From: Planctomycetaceae bacterium
GTDB lineage: Bacteria > Planctomycetota > Planctomycetia > Planctomycetales > Planctomycetaceae
Length of the DNA: 45,450 nt
Direction: 5' to 3'
Assembly (NCBI GenBank): GCA_020426395.1
Contig: JAGQQC010000001.1
Coordinates: 1 to 45,450, forward strand
The translations under genes and the position numbers were made by a program. Positions 9,818 through 19,893 of this stretch are shown here, in pieces (the first letter of the stretch is position 1; every line of letters begins with the position of its first letter). The notes under the pieces are model-generated. The model had not been told where the DNA came from. It saw only the letters and a program-made list of their open reading frames with translations, and did no database searches.

Positions 9818-10058
9818 ACTGCTTCGGCTTTCTAAATCCTGTACGGAGCGGAAGACCTCTTAGGGCTTCTCGCGACCCACTTGTGTGTCTTGTTTTGCGG
9901 TGTATCCGGGTTCGCCCCACGGGGAGACGGAACTCGCCCGAGCTGACGGAGTTGGACGCATTTTATTGAAATGGAATTTCGGGGGATAGAGCGGACTCGC
10001 TTCCCACGGTTCTCATTCGCGGAAACTGGTCGAATAGTAACGTTTTTCGAGCGCAGAT

Positions 10059-11156
10059 TCAGCCCCAGCGGGATATTTCCAGCTCTTTCGGAACAGAAGT
10101 CAGGACTTCATATCCTTCCTTCGTGACCAGCACATCATCCTCAATGCGGACTCCTCCCCACTCGGGAAGGTAGATGCCCGGTTCAATGGTGATCACCATG
10201 CCCGGTTCCAGAATCGTCTCTGAGCCAGGGCTGACCCGGGGGCCCTCGTGGATGTCGCGACCAATTCCGTGTCCCAGTCCGTGCCCAAATTTTTTGCCGT
10301 AACCTGCGTTCTCAATAATACTTCGGGCAATTCGATCCACTTCGCGACAAGAGATACCCGGACGGACCGCAGCAATCGCTTTCTGCTGGGCTTCCAATGT
10401 CACATTGTAGACTTTAGTCAGCTTGGAAGAGAGCCTACCGGTCCAGAGAACCCGGGTCAAGTCACTGTGATAGCCGGTCTGATTGACGGCTCCCCAGTCG
10501 ATGAGGACAAATCCGGCCTCTCCCAGTTTCCGGGAGGTGGGACGGGCATGGGGGAGGGCCGCCCGGGTTCCAACCGCCACAATCGTGTCAAAACTTGCCC
10601 CTTTGGCACCGAACCGCCGCATCGTGTGCTCCAGTTCATTTGCCGCTTCCTGCTCGGTCATATCGGGAACCAGGCTGGCTTGCAGGACGGCGAACCCTTT
10701 TTCGGCTTGTTCGATCGCCTCTCGAAGTTCGGCGATTTCCCCGGCGTCTTTCACTTGTCGCAGTTCTTCGACCAGCCCGCGGGTGGGGACGAGCGAGATA
10801 TTTTTCAAATCGGAGTCAAGTTGCTGCCACATCGCAAAAGAGGTTTCCGAGGCTTCGAAACCAATTCCACTCAAATTCAGTTTACTGATTAACTTACTGA
10901 GGGCCTGATACAGCGATTGGCCTGAGGTCCGGATATCGGCTTCCAGTTCTGGACATTCCTCTTGAATTTGAGTCTCGAAACGGCTGTCACTGAGAAGAAT
11001 GGAGCGGTCTTTCGTGAGAATTAACAGGCTATCTTCTCCTGTGAAACCCGTCAGATAGCTGACGTTCACGGGATTGGAAACCAGCATGGCTTCCAACTGC
11101 TGTTTTTTCAAAAGTCGCAATAAACGTTTACACCGCACAGGAGAGGAGGCAGACAT
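10059..11156 (-). CDS. Xaa-Pro aminopeptidase/dipeptidase (M24 family)
   Basis: Creatinase_N domain (YLTGFTG, DSRF). Metal ligands in [25 protein letters not shown] and GVRIED. Confidence 0.92.
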   Translation of the reverse strand: MSASSPVRCKRLLRLLKKQQLEAMLVSNPVNVSYLTGFTGEDSLLILTKDRSILLSDSRFETQIQEECPELEADIRTSGQSLYQALSKLISKLNLSGIGFEASETSFAMWQQLDSDLKNISLVPTRGLVEELRQVKDAGEIAELREAIEQAEKGFAVLQASLVPDMTEQEAANELEHTMRRFGAKGASFDTIVAVGTRAALPHARPTSRKLGEAGFVLIDWGAVNQTGYHSDLTRVLWTGRLSSKLTKVYNVTLEAQQKAIAAVRPGISCREVDRIARSIIENAGYGKKFGHGLGHGIGRDIHEGPRVSPGSETILEPGMVITIEPGIYLPEWGGVRIEDDVLVTKEGYEVLTSVPKELEISRWG

Positions 11157-11374
11157 GGAGGAACCTGACTGAATCGAGAATAATAATCGCAAATGCCAGA
11201 GGCCGATTGTCTACGTTCCCTGCGGGGGGATCAAGTAGGGAGTCCGCTTCGGAAAGCTTTTCAAGGTGGTTTCCCGGAGAGTGTTCGTATCAGGTCATGG
11301 TTTCCCCTCAAACTCTGTTATAGAATAGAACTCAGCGAATCGTACAAAATACGGTCTATTCTCGGAAAAACGGC

Positions 11375-12160
11375 ATGACTCTCCCGCGTGAACATATTGA
11401 ACAACTCCTTCTCCAATTCCAGTCCGGTCAACTCGACCTGGAAGCGGCAACTCGCCGGTTGGCTGGTTCGGATCGATTGGCAACTGCCCATGTCGATGTC
11501 GATCGTCAGCGCCGTTGTGGGTTTACTGAAGTGGTTTATTGCGAAGGTAAATCGGTCGGATCTGTTGTCGAAATATTCAAATCACTCTCCACACACGATC
11601 AACATTGTCTGGGAACTCGTGTCAGCAAGGAGCAGGCGACCGCCCTCGAGGAATGTTTCCCAAAGATCATCTACAACGCAACCGCCAGAACGGTTCGGTT
11701 GCCGCGACCAGATAAGGATGTCGATGGACTAGAACCAGTCGGCAAGGTTTCGCTATTAACAGCCGGGACCTCGGATTTACCAGTCGCAGAAGAAGCCCGC
11801 GAGACGTTGTACTGGATGGATTGCGAAGTCGATCTAATTGTCGATATAGGTGTCGCCGGCCCACATCGATTGCAGGAGCAAGTCCACCGATTACAAGATT
11901 CAGATGCCGTGGTGGTTGTCGCAGGGATGGAGGGGGCTCTCCCCTCAGTCGTCGGAGGATATGTGGACTGCCCGGTGATCGCCGTTCCGACTTCGGTGGG
12001 ATATGGAGCCAGTTTTGGAGGAGTGACTGCCCTGCTCGGGATGCTTAACAGTTGCGCCTCAAATGTGACCGTCGTGAATATTGATGCCGGTTTCAAGGGG
12101 GGCTATGTTGCTGGACTCATTACTCATCGCATGTCGAAGGCACGAAAGAAAACATCCTGA
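11375..12160 (+). CDS. larB: Nickel-pincer cofactor biosynthesis protein LarB (AIR carboxylase-like)
   Basis: [57 protein letters not shown] and [14 protein letters not shown] motifs. Confidence 0.92.
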   Translation: MTLPREHIEQLLLQFQSGQLDLEAATRRLAGSDRLATAHVDVDRQRRCGFTEVVYCEGKSVGSVVEIFKSLSTHDQHCLGTRVSKEQATALEECFPKIIYNATARTVRLPRPDKDVDGLEPVGKVSLLTAGTSDLPVAEEARETLYWMDCEVDLIVDIGVAGPHRLQEQVHRLQDSDAVVVVAGMEGALPSVVGGYVDCPVIAVPTSVGYGASFGGVTALLGMLNSCASNVTVVNIDAGFKGGYVAGLITHRMSKARKKTS

Positions 12161-12189
12161 AACCGAAGAGCTAACAGAAAGCGGCTACC

Positions 12190-13080
12190 ATGATTGTTGA
12201 TCAGGTTACAGAATTACCTCGACCGCCGCAGCGTCCCTCTGCAAGCCATAAAGGGACGTTCGGTAGGACGTTATTGATCGGTGGAAGTCGAGGAATGGGA
12301 GGCGCGATCAGCCTTGCTGGTATGGGAGCATTACGAAGTGGGGCGGGATTGGTCTACCTCGTAATTCCCAAGGGAATTGCTGATATCGTTGCGGGGCACA
12401 ATCCTTCTTATCTCACGCTTCCCTTACCGGAAGATGAATCGGGACGGATTGATTCGATCACCTATGCCGATCTGAAATCGCAACTGGAGAATAAAGATGC
12501 TCTTGGATTAGGCCCCGGGGTTGGTCAGAGTGAGCATCTGAAGCAGTTGTTTCATGATATCCTCTTATACGAGGAAAAACCAATTGTGGTGGATGCGGAT
12601 GGATTAAATCTGCTTGCTGGAATGCTGGACGTATTACATGATGGGCCAGTACCGCGCGTGTTGACTCCGCACCCGGGCGAGTTTGAACGGCTGGCAAATC
12701 TGCCCCTCAAAACCATCGTCGATCATCGTCAGCAAGTCGCCGCGGAGTTTGCAGATAATTATGATCTCACGCTCGTGCTTAAAGGAGAAAAAACGATCGT
12801 GACCGATGGCCACCGCATGTACGTGAATAATTCAGGGAATAGTGGCCTGGCGACTGGAGGAACGGGCGACGTGTTGACCGGATTGATTACCGGATTGCTC
12901 GGCCAAGGAATGCGGGCATTCGAAGCAGCGCAACTGGGTGTTTACCTGCATGGATTAGCGGGCGATCTGGCGGCGCAGCAATTGTCTCAACCGGGCATGA
13001 TTTCCAGCGACCTGCCACACTATCTGGGTAAGGCGTGGCTGCAGTTCTACGCTCTGCACGATTCCGGCAAAGGAGCATAA
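12190..13080 (+). CDS. nnrD: ADP-dependent NAD(P)H-hydrate dehydratase (stand-alone)
   Basis: HKGTFG, ALRSGAGLV, GPG, VDADGLN, LTPHPGEF, VLKG, LATGGTGDVLTG and YLHGLAGD motifs. Confidence 0.93.
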   Translation: MIVDQVTELPRPPQRPSASHKGTFGRTLLIGGSRGMGGAISLAGMGALRSGAGLVYLVIPKGIADIVAGHNPSYLTLPLPEDESGRIDSITYADLKSQLENKDALGLGPGVGQSEHLKQLFHDILLYEEKPIVVDADGLNLLAGMLDVLHDGPVPRVLTPHPGEFERLANLPLKTIVDHRQQVAAEFADNYDLTLVLKGEKTIVTDGHRMYVNNSGNSGLATGGTGDVLTGLITGLLGQGMRAFEAAQLGVYLHGLAGDLAAQQLSQPGMISSDLPHYLGKAWLQFYALHDSGKGA

Positions 13081-13096
13081 GGCGTTGCTGGGTCGC

Positions 13097-14899
13097 TTAA
13101 TCTTCTTTTGCCACGTCCAACACGGAGAGGAACGCTTTCTGTGGGATCTCCACTTGGCCGAACTGCTTCATCCGCTTTTTACCTTCGCGCTGTTTCGCCC
13201 ACAGTTTTCGTTTTCGGGTAATGTCTCCCCCGTAACATTTCGCTGTGACATTCTTTCGCAGTGCAGATAATGTTTCCCGAGCAATCACGCGGGCTCCGAT
13301 AGCTGCTTGAAGGGCGATTTCGAATTGGTGCTTGGAGATTTCTTTCTTGAGTCGCTTCACTAATGCCCGCCCGCGCCGCTCGGCTTCAGACCGGTGGACA
13401 ATGGTGGCCAACGCATCGACTTTGACCCCTTTAACGAGGATGTCCATCTTGACCAGATCGGCTGGTTTGTAACCAATGATCTCGTAATCCATCGTACCGT
13501 AACCTTTGGTTGCGCTTTTCAGGCGGTCGTGCATGTCATACACAATTTCCGCGAGCGGAAGTTCGTAGATAATCTGGGCGCGTTGAGGGCTCAGGTATTC
13601 GGTACTTTTGTAGTTGCCGCGGCGATCTTCACAAAGCTGCATGATCGTGCCGATATTTTCCCCCGGCACAATGAATGTGGTTTTCGCAATCGGTTCGCGG
13701 AATTCCTGAATCTGTCCGGCGTCGGGAACATCTTCCGGGTTGTCGATCAACTGCGCATTTCCGTTGTTCAGGAGCAGTTCATAAGTCACGTTCGGGGCGG
13801 TCTGGATCAGGTCGATTTCCTGTTCCTGTTCGAGTCGCTGCTGAATGATTTCCATGTGCAGCATACCCAGGAACCCGCAACGGAACCCAAATCCAAGGGC
13901 ATCGCTCGTTTCGGGAGCGAACGTGAATGAGGCATCGTTCAAGCTTAATTTATGCAGTTCTTCGCGCAGTTTTTCGAAGTCGGTGGCGTCAATCGGATAC
14001 ATTCCGCAGAAGACCATCTGCTTCGGTTGTTCGTAACCAGGCAGTGGCTTTTCTGCTGGGCGATCCGATGTCGTGACGGTATCACCCACATGAATGTTAC
14101 CGAGCGTTTTCACGCCGGTGACGATGTAACCGACCTGTCCCGGTCCGAGAGTTTTACAAGGGACCATCTTGGGGCGGAACTGACCGATCTCGATGACCTG
14201 GTGTTTGGAACCATCGTTCATGAACTGGATAGTCTGCCCTTTTTCAAGCGTTCCTTCCTTCACGCGGATGTAGGTCATCACTCCGCGGTAGTTGTCGTAC
14301 TTGCTATCAAAGACAAGTGCCCGCAGGGGAACGTCCGGCTTGCCATCGGGAGGAGGGATTTCTTTGATAATCGCATTGAAGACATCGTCGATACCGATTC
14401 CCTGTTTGGCGCTCACCCGTAAGGCATCGTCTGGTGAAAGTCCGATGATCGTTTCGACTTCCTCAAGAACTTCCTCGATGCGGGTTACGGGGAGATCGAT
14501 TTTGTTGACCACCGGGATGATATGCAGATCGGCATTGATAGCTGCATAGGCATTGGCGACGGATTGTGCCTGGACTCCCTGAAAGGCATCAATCAGTAGT
14601 AACGCTCCTTCGCAGGCCGCGAGGCTACGCGAAACTTCATAATGGAAGTCAACGTGGCCGGGGGTGTCGATCAGGTTCAGCTCGTATGTTTCTCCCTCAT
14701 GGACGTGGCGGATCGTAACAGCACGCGCTTTGACCGTAATTCCTCGTTCCTTTTCGACATCGAGGTCGTCCAGGATCTGTTCCTTGAATTCCCGCTGGCT
14801 GATCGCACCGGTCTTGAGGAGCAATTGATCGGCTAGTGTACTTTTGCCATGATCAATATGCGCCACAATCGAAAAGTTACGGATGTATTTGGTGTCCAT
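13097..14899 (-). CDS. lepA: Translation elongation factor 4
   Basis: AHIDHGKSTLAD, ERGIT, DTPGHVDF, NKID, GFRCGFLG and KCYGGDITRK motifs. Confidence 0.98.
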   Translation of the reverse strand: MDTKYIRNFSIVAHIDHGKSTLADQLLLKTGAISQREFKEQILDDLDVEKERGITVKARAVTIRHVHEGETYELNLIDTPGHVDFHYEVSRSLAACEGALLLIDAFQGVQAQSVANAYAAINADLHIIPVVNKIDLPVTRIEEVLEEVETIIGLSPDDALRVSAKQGIGIDDVFNAIIKEIPPPDGKPDVPLRALVFDSKYDNYRGVMTYIRVKEGTLEKGQTIQFMNDGSKHQVIEIGQFRPKMVPCKTLGPGQVGYIVTGVKTLGNIHVGDTVTTSDRPAEKPLPGYEQPKQMVFCGMYPIDATDFEKLREELHKLSLNDASFTFAPETSDALGFGFRCGFLGMLHMEIIQQRLEQEQEIDLIQTAPNVTYELLLNNGNAQLIDNPEDVPDAGQIQEFREPIAKTTFIVPGENIGTIMQLCEDRRGNYKSTEYLSPQRAQIIYELPLAEIVYDMHDRLKSATKGYGTMDYEIIGYKPADLVKMDILVKGVKVDALATIVHRSEAERRGRALVKRLKKEISKHQFEIALQAAIGARVIARETLSALRKNVTAKCYGGDITRKRKLWAKQREGKKRMKQFGQVEIPQKAFLSVLDVAKED

Positions 14900-15072
14900 G
14901 GACGGTTGGTTATCCAGAAAAATGTCTGGTAAGGTTATTACAGAAAACTTCTACAGGGTGGGTTTAGATTTTCTACGCCGTTTGATCTTAACAGTGGTCG
15001 CCAGATCGAAGCGAATGTCCGTTTCTGGATTTTCACCAACTGATGACTTGCAGACGAGGGATATTCACCAGC

Positions 15073-16104
15073 TTAATTTGCCGGGCATCCGGCGGTTTTC
15101 CAGTCACGTCGAGCACATCCCGCTGAGCCGATGTAACCGGCATCCCCTCCCAAAGAAGCAAAGTTAATTTTCGTATTGGCATAGGGAATTGGAAATGCCC
15201 GAAGTTTGACTTCTTCTTTAATTCGGGCCAGAAACCGGCGGCCGAGCTCGGATTCATTTCCTCCAAAAGTCATGGCCCCTCCAAAGAGTACGACATCTGG
15301 ATCGATAGTGTGCATCAGGCTGGTGGTGCCGACACCCAGATATCGGGCCGTCTCCATAATCAAGTGTTCCGCCAGTTCGTCTCCCTGCTCTGCTTCCCGG
15401 GCCAGCATCAGCGGAGTGATGGATTCTCCCGATTCCTTCAACTGTTGTAAAGATGATTTTGCACCCGTCTCAAGGGCTTCATAAGTACGTTGGATGAGTG
15501 CTTTAGCCGAGGCATAAGCTTCCAGGGTTCCGGTCTGGCCGGTATCCCAGGGGCGTCCATTGGTCATTTCAATAATGATATGTCCGCATTCTCCGCCGTG
15601 GGAATGTTCGCCATTCAAAACGACGTCATTAATAATAATACCGCAACCAATTCCGGTACCCAGGGTCCAGAAAACGAGCGAGTTTGCTTCCCGGGCAGCT
15701 CCTGCCCAGTATTCCCCATAGGCGGCGGCGTTCGCGTCGTTATTCAGGTACGTGGGACGCTCAAATAGATCGGCAAACTTCTGGCGGATCGGAAAGTTCT
15801 GCCAACCGGGAAGATTGGTCGGGTTGATGAGTTTCCCTTCCTTGATACTCATTGTGCCTGGTGAGACAACCCCGACGGCTTTTATGTCAGGGAGTGAGGT
15901 GCCTGCCTCTTTGATGATGGTGTCCGCCGCCTCACGGATGTTTCGCATGATGATATCAGGACCCGACTTTGCGTCAGTCGGGATTTTGGTATTGGCAATA
16001 GATTCTCCGACATCGTTAATGACGCCCAGTTTGACATTGGTTCCCCCAATGTCGATTCCCAGAAATAAAGCAGCGTTCGGATCGGAAGCGGTGTTTTCAG
16101 TCAT
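15073..16104 (-). CDS. ROK-family glucokinase
   Basis: GIDIGGT, NNDANAAAYGE, TLGTGIG.G, GGECGH, G.LEAYAS and DAGYIG motifs; no N-terminal HTH. Confidence 0.88.
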   Translation of the reverse strand: MTENTASDPNAALFLGIDIGGTNVKLGVINDVGESIANTKIPTDAKSGPDIIMRNIREAADTIIKEAGTSLPDIKAVGVVSPGTMSIKEGKLINPTNLPGWQNFPIRQKFADLFERPTYLNNDANAAAYGEYWAGAAREANSLVFWTLGTGIGCGIIINDVVLNGEHSHGGECGHIIIEMTNGRPWDTGQTGTLEAYASAKALIQRTYEALETGAKSSLQQLKESGESITPLMLAREAEQGDELAEHLIMETARYLGVGTTSLMHTIDPDVVLFGGAMTFGGNESELGRRFLARIKEEVKLRAFPIPYANTKINFASLGGDAGYIGSAGCARRDWKTAGCPAN

Positions 16105-16542
16105 CTTGCGAAATAGAACAGTCGTTCGTGAAATAAATGGATACGAGTGTATTGATTACGAGGGAGAACCGTTTCAACTCCAACTGTCCAGAATTCATTC
16201 TGAACAAATGTGGATTTCGATGGCAATCCCGCGAGCTGGATTGTGCCGGGGAGCAGAGCGGCTGGTGAGCGTGGCGAAACGGGAATGAGTATAGGCAAAC
16301 CCGACCGGCTGCCGCAATTGATCGCCTGAAACCAAGGCTGATTTCGTGCCGGATTCTTTTGGTCTGTCCTGTACCCCACCTGGAAAGAGAGGTAAAATGT
16401 GCGCAGACATCGCACAGGTTTGTCTCACATTGCGCCTGGACCAAGGCATCGAATCGACCCCGTGATTTACAATATTTAACAGTACTCTAGGACTATGCAG
16501 CCACTCGGGGAGAATCCGGGGGCTGAGATCAGGAGTCAGGTG

Positions 16543-17715
16543 ATGAACTTAAGGAACCAAATCCGAACAAGCTTCTTCAGAGGTCTGGTGTTCACAGGCG
16601 TGGGGGTCCTCCTCTTGTCCTCCACCGTTCTACAGGCAGATCCTCCCGGGAGAGATGCAGTCCGAAAAACACCCGACGGAGGGCTAAAGCTCGATATTGG
16701 TCGTTTTACGCCATACGCTCGGGGATTGAAGATCAACATTGGTCCCAAGCGGGATGGGGAACGTTCCGTAGATGTTCAGGTTCGCCAGAATGGTTACATC
16801 CCTGTCAATGTGGATGTGAATGTGAATCCGGAGCTTCGTGGTCCTGCTTATGCCGAACGTCCGGATCGCCCTCTGACAGAAGTTCCCGAAGGTGAATTGC
16901 TGGGCGAGCCGAGTGAACCCAATTTGTTGGGTTCCCCTGAAGAGGGAGGTCCTCAACTTCTTGAACCGGGCGCTCCTCCTTCACTCGAATCGGCGCCAAC
17001 CCCCGATGAGGAATCAAGCTCTACTCCTGTTCCGTTAGAAGCACCGCCGGAACCGGGCGCAGATCCACTTTCCTTTCGCGATGAAAATCCTGCGGAGTCC
17101 TCCGTTGTCCCGCTTAATAAAGTTGAGTCGGCTTCCTCACAAAAACCGTACCTGGGGGTCAGTGTGAGGCCGATTAGTGCTGTTCTTGCGGCTCAGTTTC
17201 GGAATGTGATTCCAAAGAATACGGGATTACAGTTAACGGTCGTCGGTGAAAATTCTCCAGCGGAAGAAGCGGGTTTGAAACAGTACGATGTCATCGTGGC
17301 GGTCGATGGGCAACCGGTCGGTTCACTTCAAGAGCTGGTCAACTTGGTAAATGCTCATCAACCGGGAGATAATGTTTCGGTTAGTGTATTACGCGCTTCA
17401 CGGTTGAATGAAGTTGTGGTGGAACTGGGCTCTCGGGATATTCAGGTTGTGGCTGGGAAACAGAAGGTGGCTCCTGTTCCGATTGCCACAGATCCTCTTC
17501 CACGTACCACAACAGCCCCCAAACTAATCGTTCCACTTCCCGATGGAAAAGGTACTGTCAAAGTCGAGATGACAGAGCCTGGGTCGAAACCGGTATCGGA
17601 ATCGACCGCTCCTCGCTCAGAAACTTCAGAGTTCTACACTCCTCGAAGATCCGCACCGAGTTCCTCTTCCGATTTGGGAGAACCTTCCGGGGAGATCGAA
17701 CTTCCTTCTCCCTAA
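16543..17715 (+). CDS. Exported PDZ-domain protein with Pro/Glu-rich linker
   Basis: Signal-like N-terminus, PYLGV and SPAEEAGLKQYDVIVAVDG PDZ core; AGGAG at 16531. Confidence 0.8.
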   Translation: MNLRNQIRTSFFRGLVFTGVGVLLLSSTVLQADPPGRDAVRKTPDGGLKLDIGRFTPYARGLKINIGPKRDGERSVDVQVRQNGYIPVNVDVNVNPELRGPAYAERPDRPLTEVPEGELLGEPSEPNLLGSPEEGGPQLLEPGAPPSLESAPTPDEESSSTPVPLEAPPEPGADPLSFRDENPAESSVVPLNKVESASSQKPYLGVSVRPISAVLAAQFRNVIPKNTGLQLTVVGENSPAEEAGLKQYDVIVAVDGQPVGSLQELVNLVNAHQPGDNVSVSVLRASRLNEVVVELGSRDIQVVAGKQKVAPVPIATDPLPRTTTAPKLIVPLPDGKGTVKVEMTEPGSKPVSESTAPRSETSEFYTPRRSAPSSSSDLGEPSGEIELPSP

Positions 17716-17907
17716 GGAAGTCCGTATGATGAATCACGTATTGATTTAAGAGAGACCTCTCTCTTGAAGCGACCCTTCTGGTTATGTCGATCAGAAGCAT
17801 GCACGGCAACATGTTTCAAGGGCGCGTCTGAACTTTCCTATTATCTGCGGGGGCGCTCCCTTCCGTTGATAGGTGATGCTCATGATGTGTCCGAGGGGGA
17901 GTAAAAG

Positions 17908-18612
17908 ATGAGGGTGTTGAAAGACATCTTTCGGAAGAACCGCGCCTGGGCTCAGGGCGAAACTGAGCGTGACCCGAATTTCTTTAAGGATCTGGAGGCT
18001 CAACAGTCTCCCGAGATTCTGTGGATTGGTTGTGCAGACAGTCGGGTCCCTGCCAATCAGATTATGGGAATGTCTCCCGGTGAAGTTTTTGTACATCGCA
18101 ACATCGCCAATGTGGTGGTACATAGCGATTTCAATTGCTTATCAGTGTTGGAGTACGCCGTCGCCATTTTGAAGGTAAGGCACGTCATCGTCTGTGGTCA
18201 TTATGGCTGCGGCGGAGTTAAAGCGGCGATGGAAAACCACAAGCTCGGGTTAATTGATAACTGGCTGCGACACATCAAGGATGTCCGTTCCAAGCACGAA
18301 AATGTTTTGGCAGCGTGTGCTGACAATGCCACTGAACTCGATACTCTTTGTGAGTTAAACGTGATCGAGCAAGTGCATAATGTCTGTCATACAACGATTG
18401 TGCAGGATGCCTGGGATCGTGGGCAGGAGCTGGCGGTGCATGGTTGGATCTATCGTTTGAAAGATGGCCTGCTGAATGACCTGGGTTCCTGTGTCACGCA
18501 TTCTGACGAGCTTTCCGAAATCTACCGGCTGGCGGTCGATTCCACAAAAGAGGCTGGGTCGTCCGGTATTTTTCACCGGACAGATCTGGAAAAAAATCAC
18601 GAGAACAAGTAA
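17908..18612 (+). CDS. can: Beta-class carbonic anhydrase
   Basis: WIGCADSRVP, GEVFVHRNIAN, CGHYGCGG (Zn ligands) and VHGWIY motifs. Confidence 0.95.
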   Translation: MRVLKDIFRKNRAWAQGETERDPNFFKDLEAQQSPEILWIGCADSRVPANQIMGMSPGEVFVHRNIANVVVHSDFNCLSVLEYAVAILKVRHVIVCGHYGCGGVKAAMENHKLGLIDNWLRHIKDVRSKHENVLAACADNATELDTLCELNVIEQVHNVCHTTIVQDAWDRGQELAVHGWIYRLKDGLLNDLGSCVTHSDELSEIYRLAVDSTKEAGSSGIFHRTDLEKNHENK

Positions 18613-18629
18613 CCGTTCTTCGCCAGGTT

Positions 18630-19781
18630 CTATGTTAGTGCCGCTCGCATGCGATTCGTCAAATGTGCGAGATAACGGCCGTGGGGTTCTTGTGGTTCGG
18701 TGCTGAGAATGATTCCGAACGTATTGATTCCGGGATCCATCCAGAGCAAGGTTCCGGTGGCTCCCCAATGTCCGTATGTGGCGGGGCTGTGTAGATCGCC
18801 AAAGTGAGCCGAGTAACCGGGCCAGGTCATTTTCCATCCCAGTCCCCAGGGGCGACAGCGCCGATCAATTTCGGGAATGTTGCTCATCGCGTTAAGTTGA
18901 TTCCGTGTGGCAATTCGCACCGTTGCTGGACTGAGTATCGTCGCTCCCTCAAAGGAACCGCCGTTTAACATCATCGCGGCCAACCGAGCGAGATCTTCCG
19001 GTGTTGTGAGCAAGCCTCCCCAGGGTGCTCCCAAGGATTGCCAGTATTTTTCATTCCAATTCCAGTTGGCCGAAAGTTGTGCCTCAGGCGAACGGATTTC
19101 GGCGATTCGGTTGACCTTGGGATTCTCGCCGTCATACCAGCTTTCCGGGGCGCCGAGTGCGGTGTCATGCATTTGTAATGGGGAGAAGATAGAACGTTGT
19201 AAATATTCCGCACAGGTGAGTGAAGTAATCCGTTCGATAATATTCCCGAGTAAACAGAACCCCATACTTTGGTAGCTGACTCCTTCGCCCGGTGTGAACA
19301 GGAGATCCGTCTGGCAGATGCCCTCCACAAAACGGCTCAGTGGAGCATGCTCGTTCCGCAGATCAAAATCGTTCGGCAACATGTCGGGTAATCCGGAACT
19401 GTGCGTTAAAAGGTGCCGAAGTGTAATGCTGTTTTTTCCAGTTCCTTTGAATTCGGGAATGAACTTGCGGACCTTGTCGTTCAAGGTGAGTTCACCCTGT
19501 TCCAGTAATTGCAGAATGCCCGTACCGACGATCGGTTTGGTAATCGAAGCGACCAGAAAAATGCTGTCCTGATTCAATGCTTCATCGGACTCGATGCATT
19601 GTCGCCCAGTGCGAAAGACTTCGGTTCCCTTGCCTTCCCGGCCGATCAGAAATGCCATCGCCGGAACATTGTCCGCCGCACACCATGCTTCCGCCTGCTG
19701 TTGGATTCCCTTCCAGCGATCTGGACATAATCCGACTTCGGCAGGATCCTGGTTTAGTTTCAATTCCGGAAACGAGGACAT
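18630..19781 (-). CDS. Serine hydrolase, beta-lactamase/EstB family (no signal peptide)
   Basis: SxxK (ASITK), LLTHSSGL, PG..YQS and GHWGATG motifs. Confidence 0.88.
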   Translation of the reverse strand: MSSFPELKLNQDPAEVGLCPDRWKGIQQQAEAWCAADNVPAMAFLIGREGKGTEVFRTGRQCIESDEALNQDSIFLVASITKPIVGTGILQLLEQGELTLNDKVRKFIPEFKGTGKNSITLRHLLTHSSGLPDMLPNDFDLRNEHAPLSRFVEGICQTDLLFTPGEGVSYQSMGFCLLGNIIERITSLTCAEYLQRSIFSPLQMHDTALGAPESWYDGENPKVNRIAEIRSPEAQLSANWNWNEKYWQSLGAPWGGLLTTPEDLARLAAMMLNGGSFEGATILSPATVRIATRNQLNAMSNIPEIDRRCRPWGLGWKMTWPGYSAHFGDLHSPATYGHWGATGTLLWMDPGINTFGIILSTEPQEPHGRYLAHLTNRMRAALT

Positions 19782-19893
19782 CGGCAAACTTTCCTGAGAC
19801 GGAGCTGTGATAGAAATGAAAAGCTAATTCACAACGTATCAAACGGTACGGGGAATCTCCAGTAAGCTCTGGGTTCTCACAATGCCTGAGGTA

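Noticed and set aside
10248-10892. 214 aa + strand ORF, and similar shadows over accB, lepA, cydA and wzc
   Set aside because: Antisense to conserved genes; expected from codon bias.
16097-16449. Three small overlapping - strand ORFs upstream of the ROK kinase
   Set aside because: No motifs and mutually overlapping; more likely a divergent promoter region. I recognised no known riboswitch.
17745-17768. AAGAGAGA/TCTCTCTT hairpin after the PDZ gene
   Set aside because: Low-complexity AG stem with a 2-nt loop and no U tract; too weak to call a terminator.
18630-19781. Antibiotic-resistance beta-lactamase
   Set aside because: No signal peptide, and an HWG rather than KTG motif; this fits the esterase/amidase members of the family.
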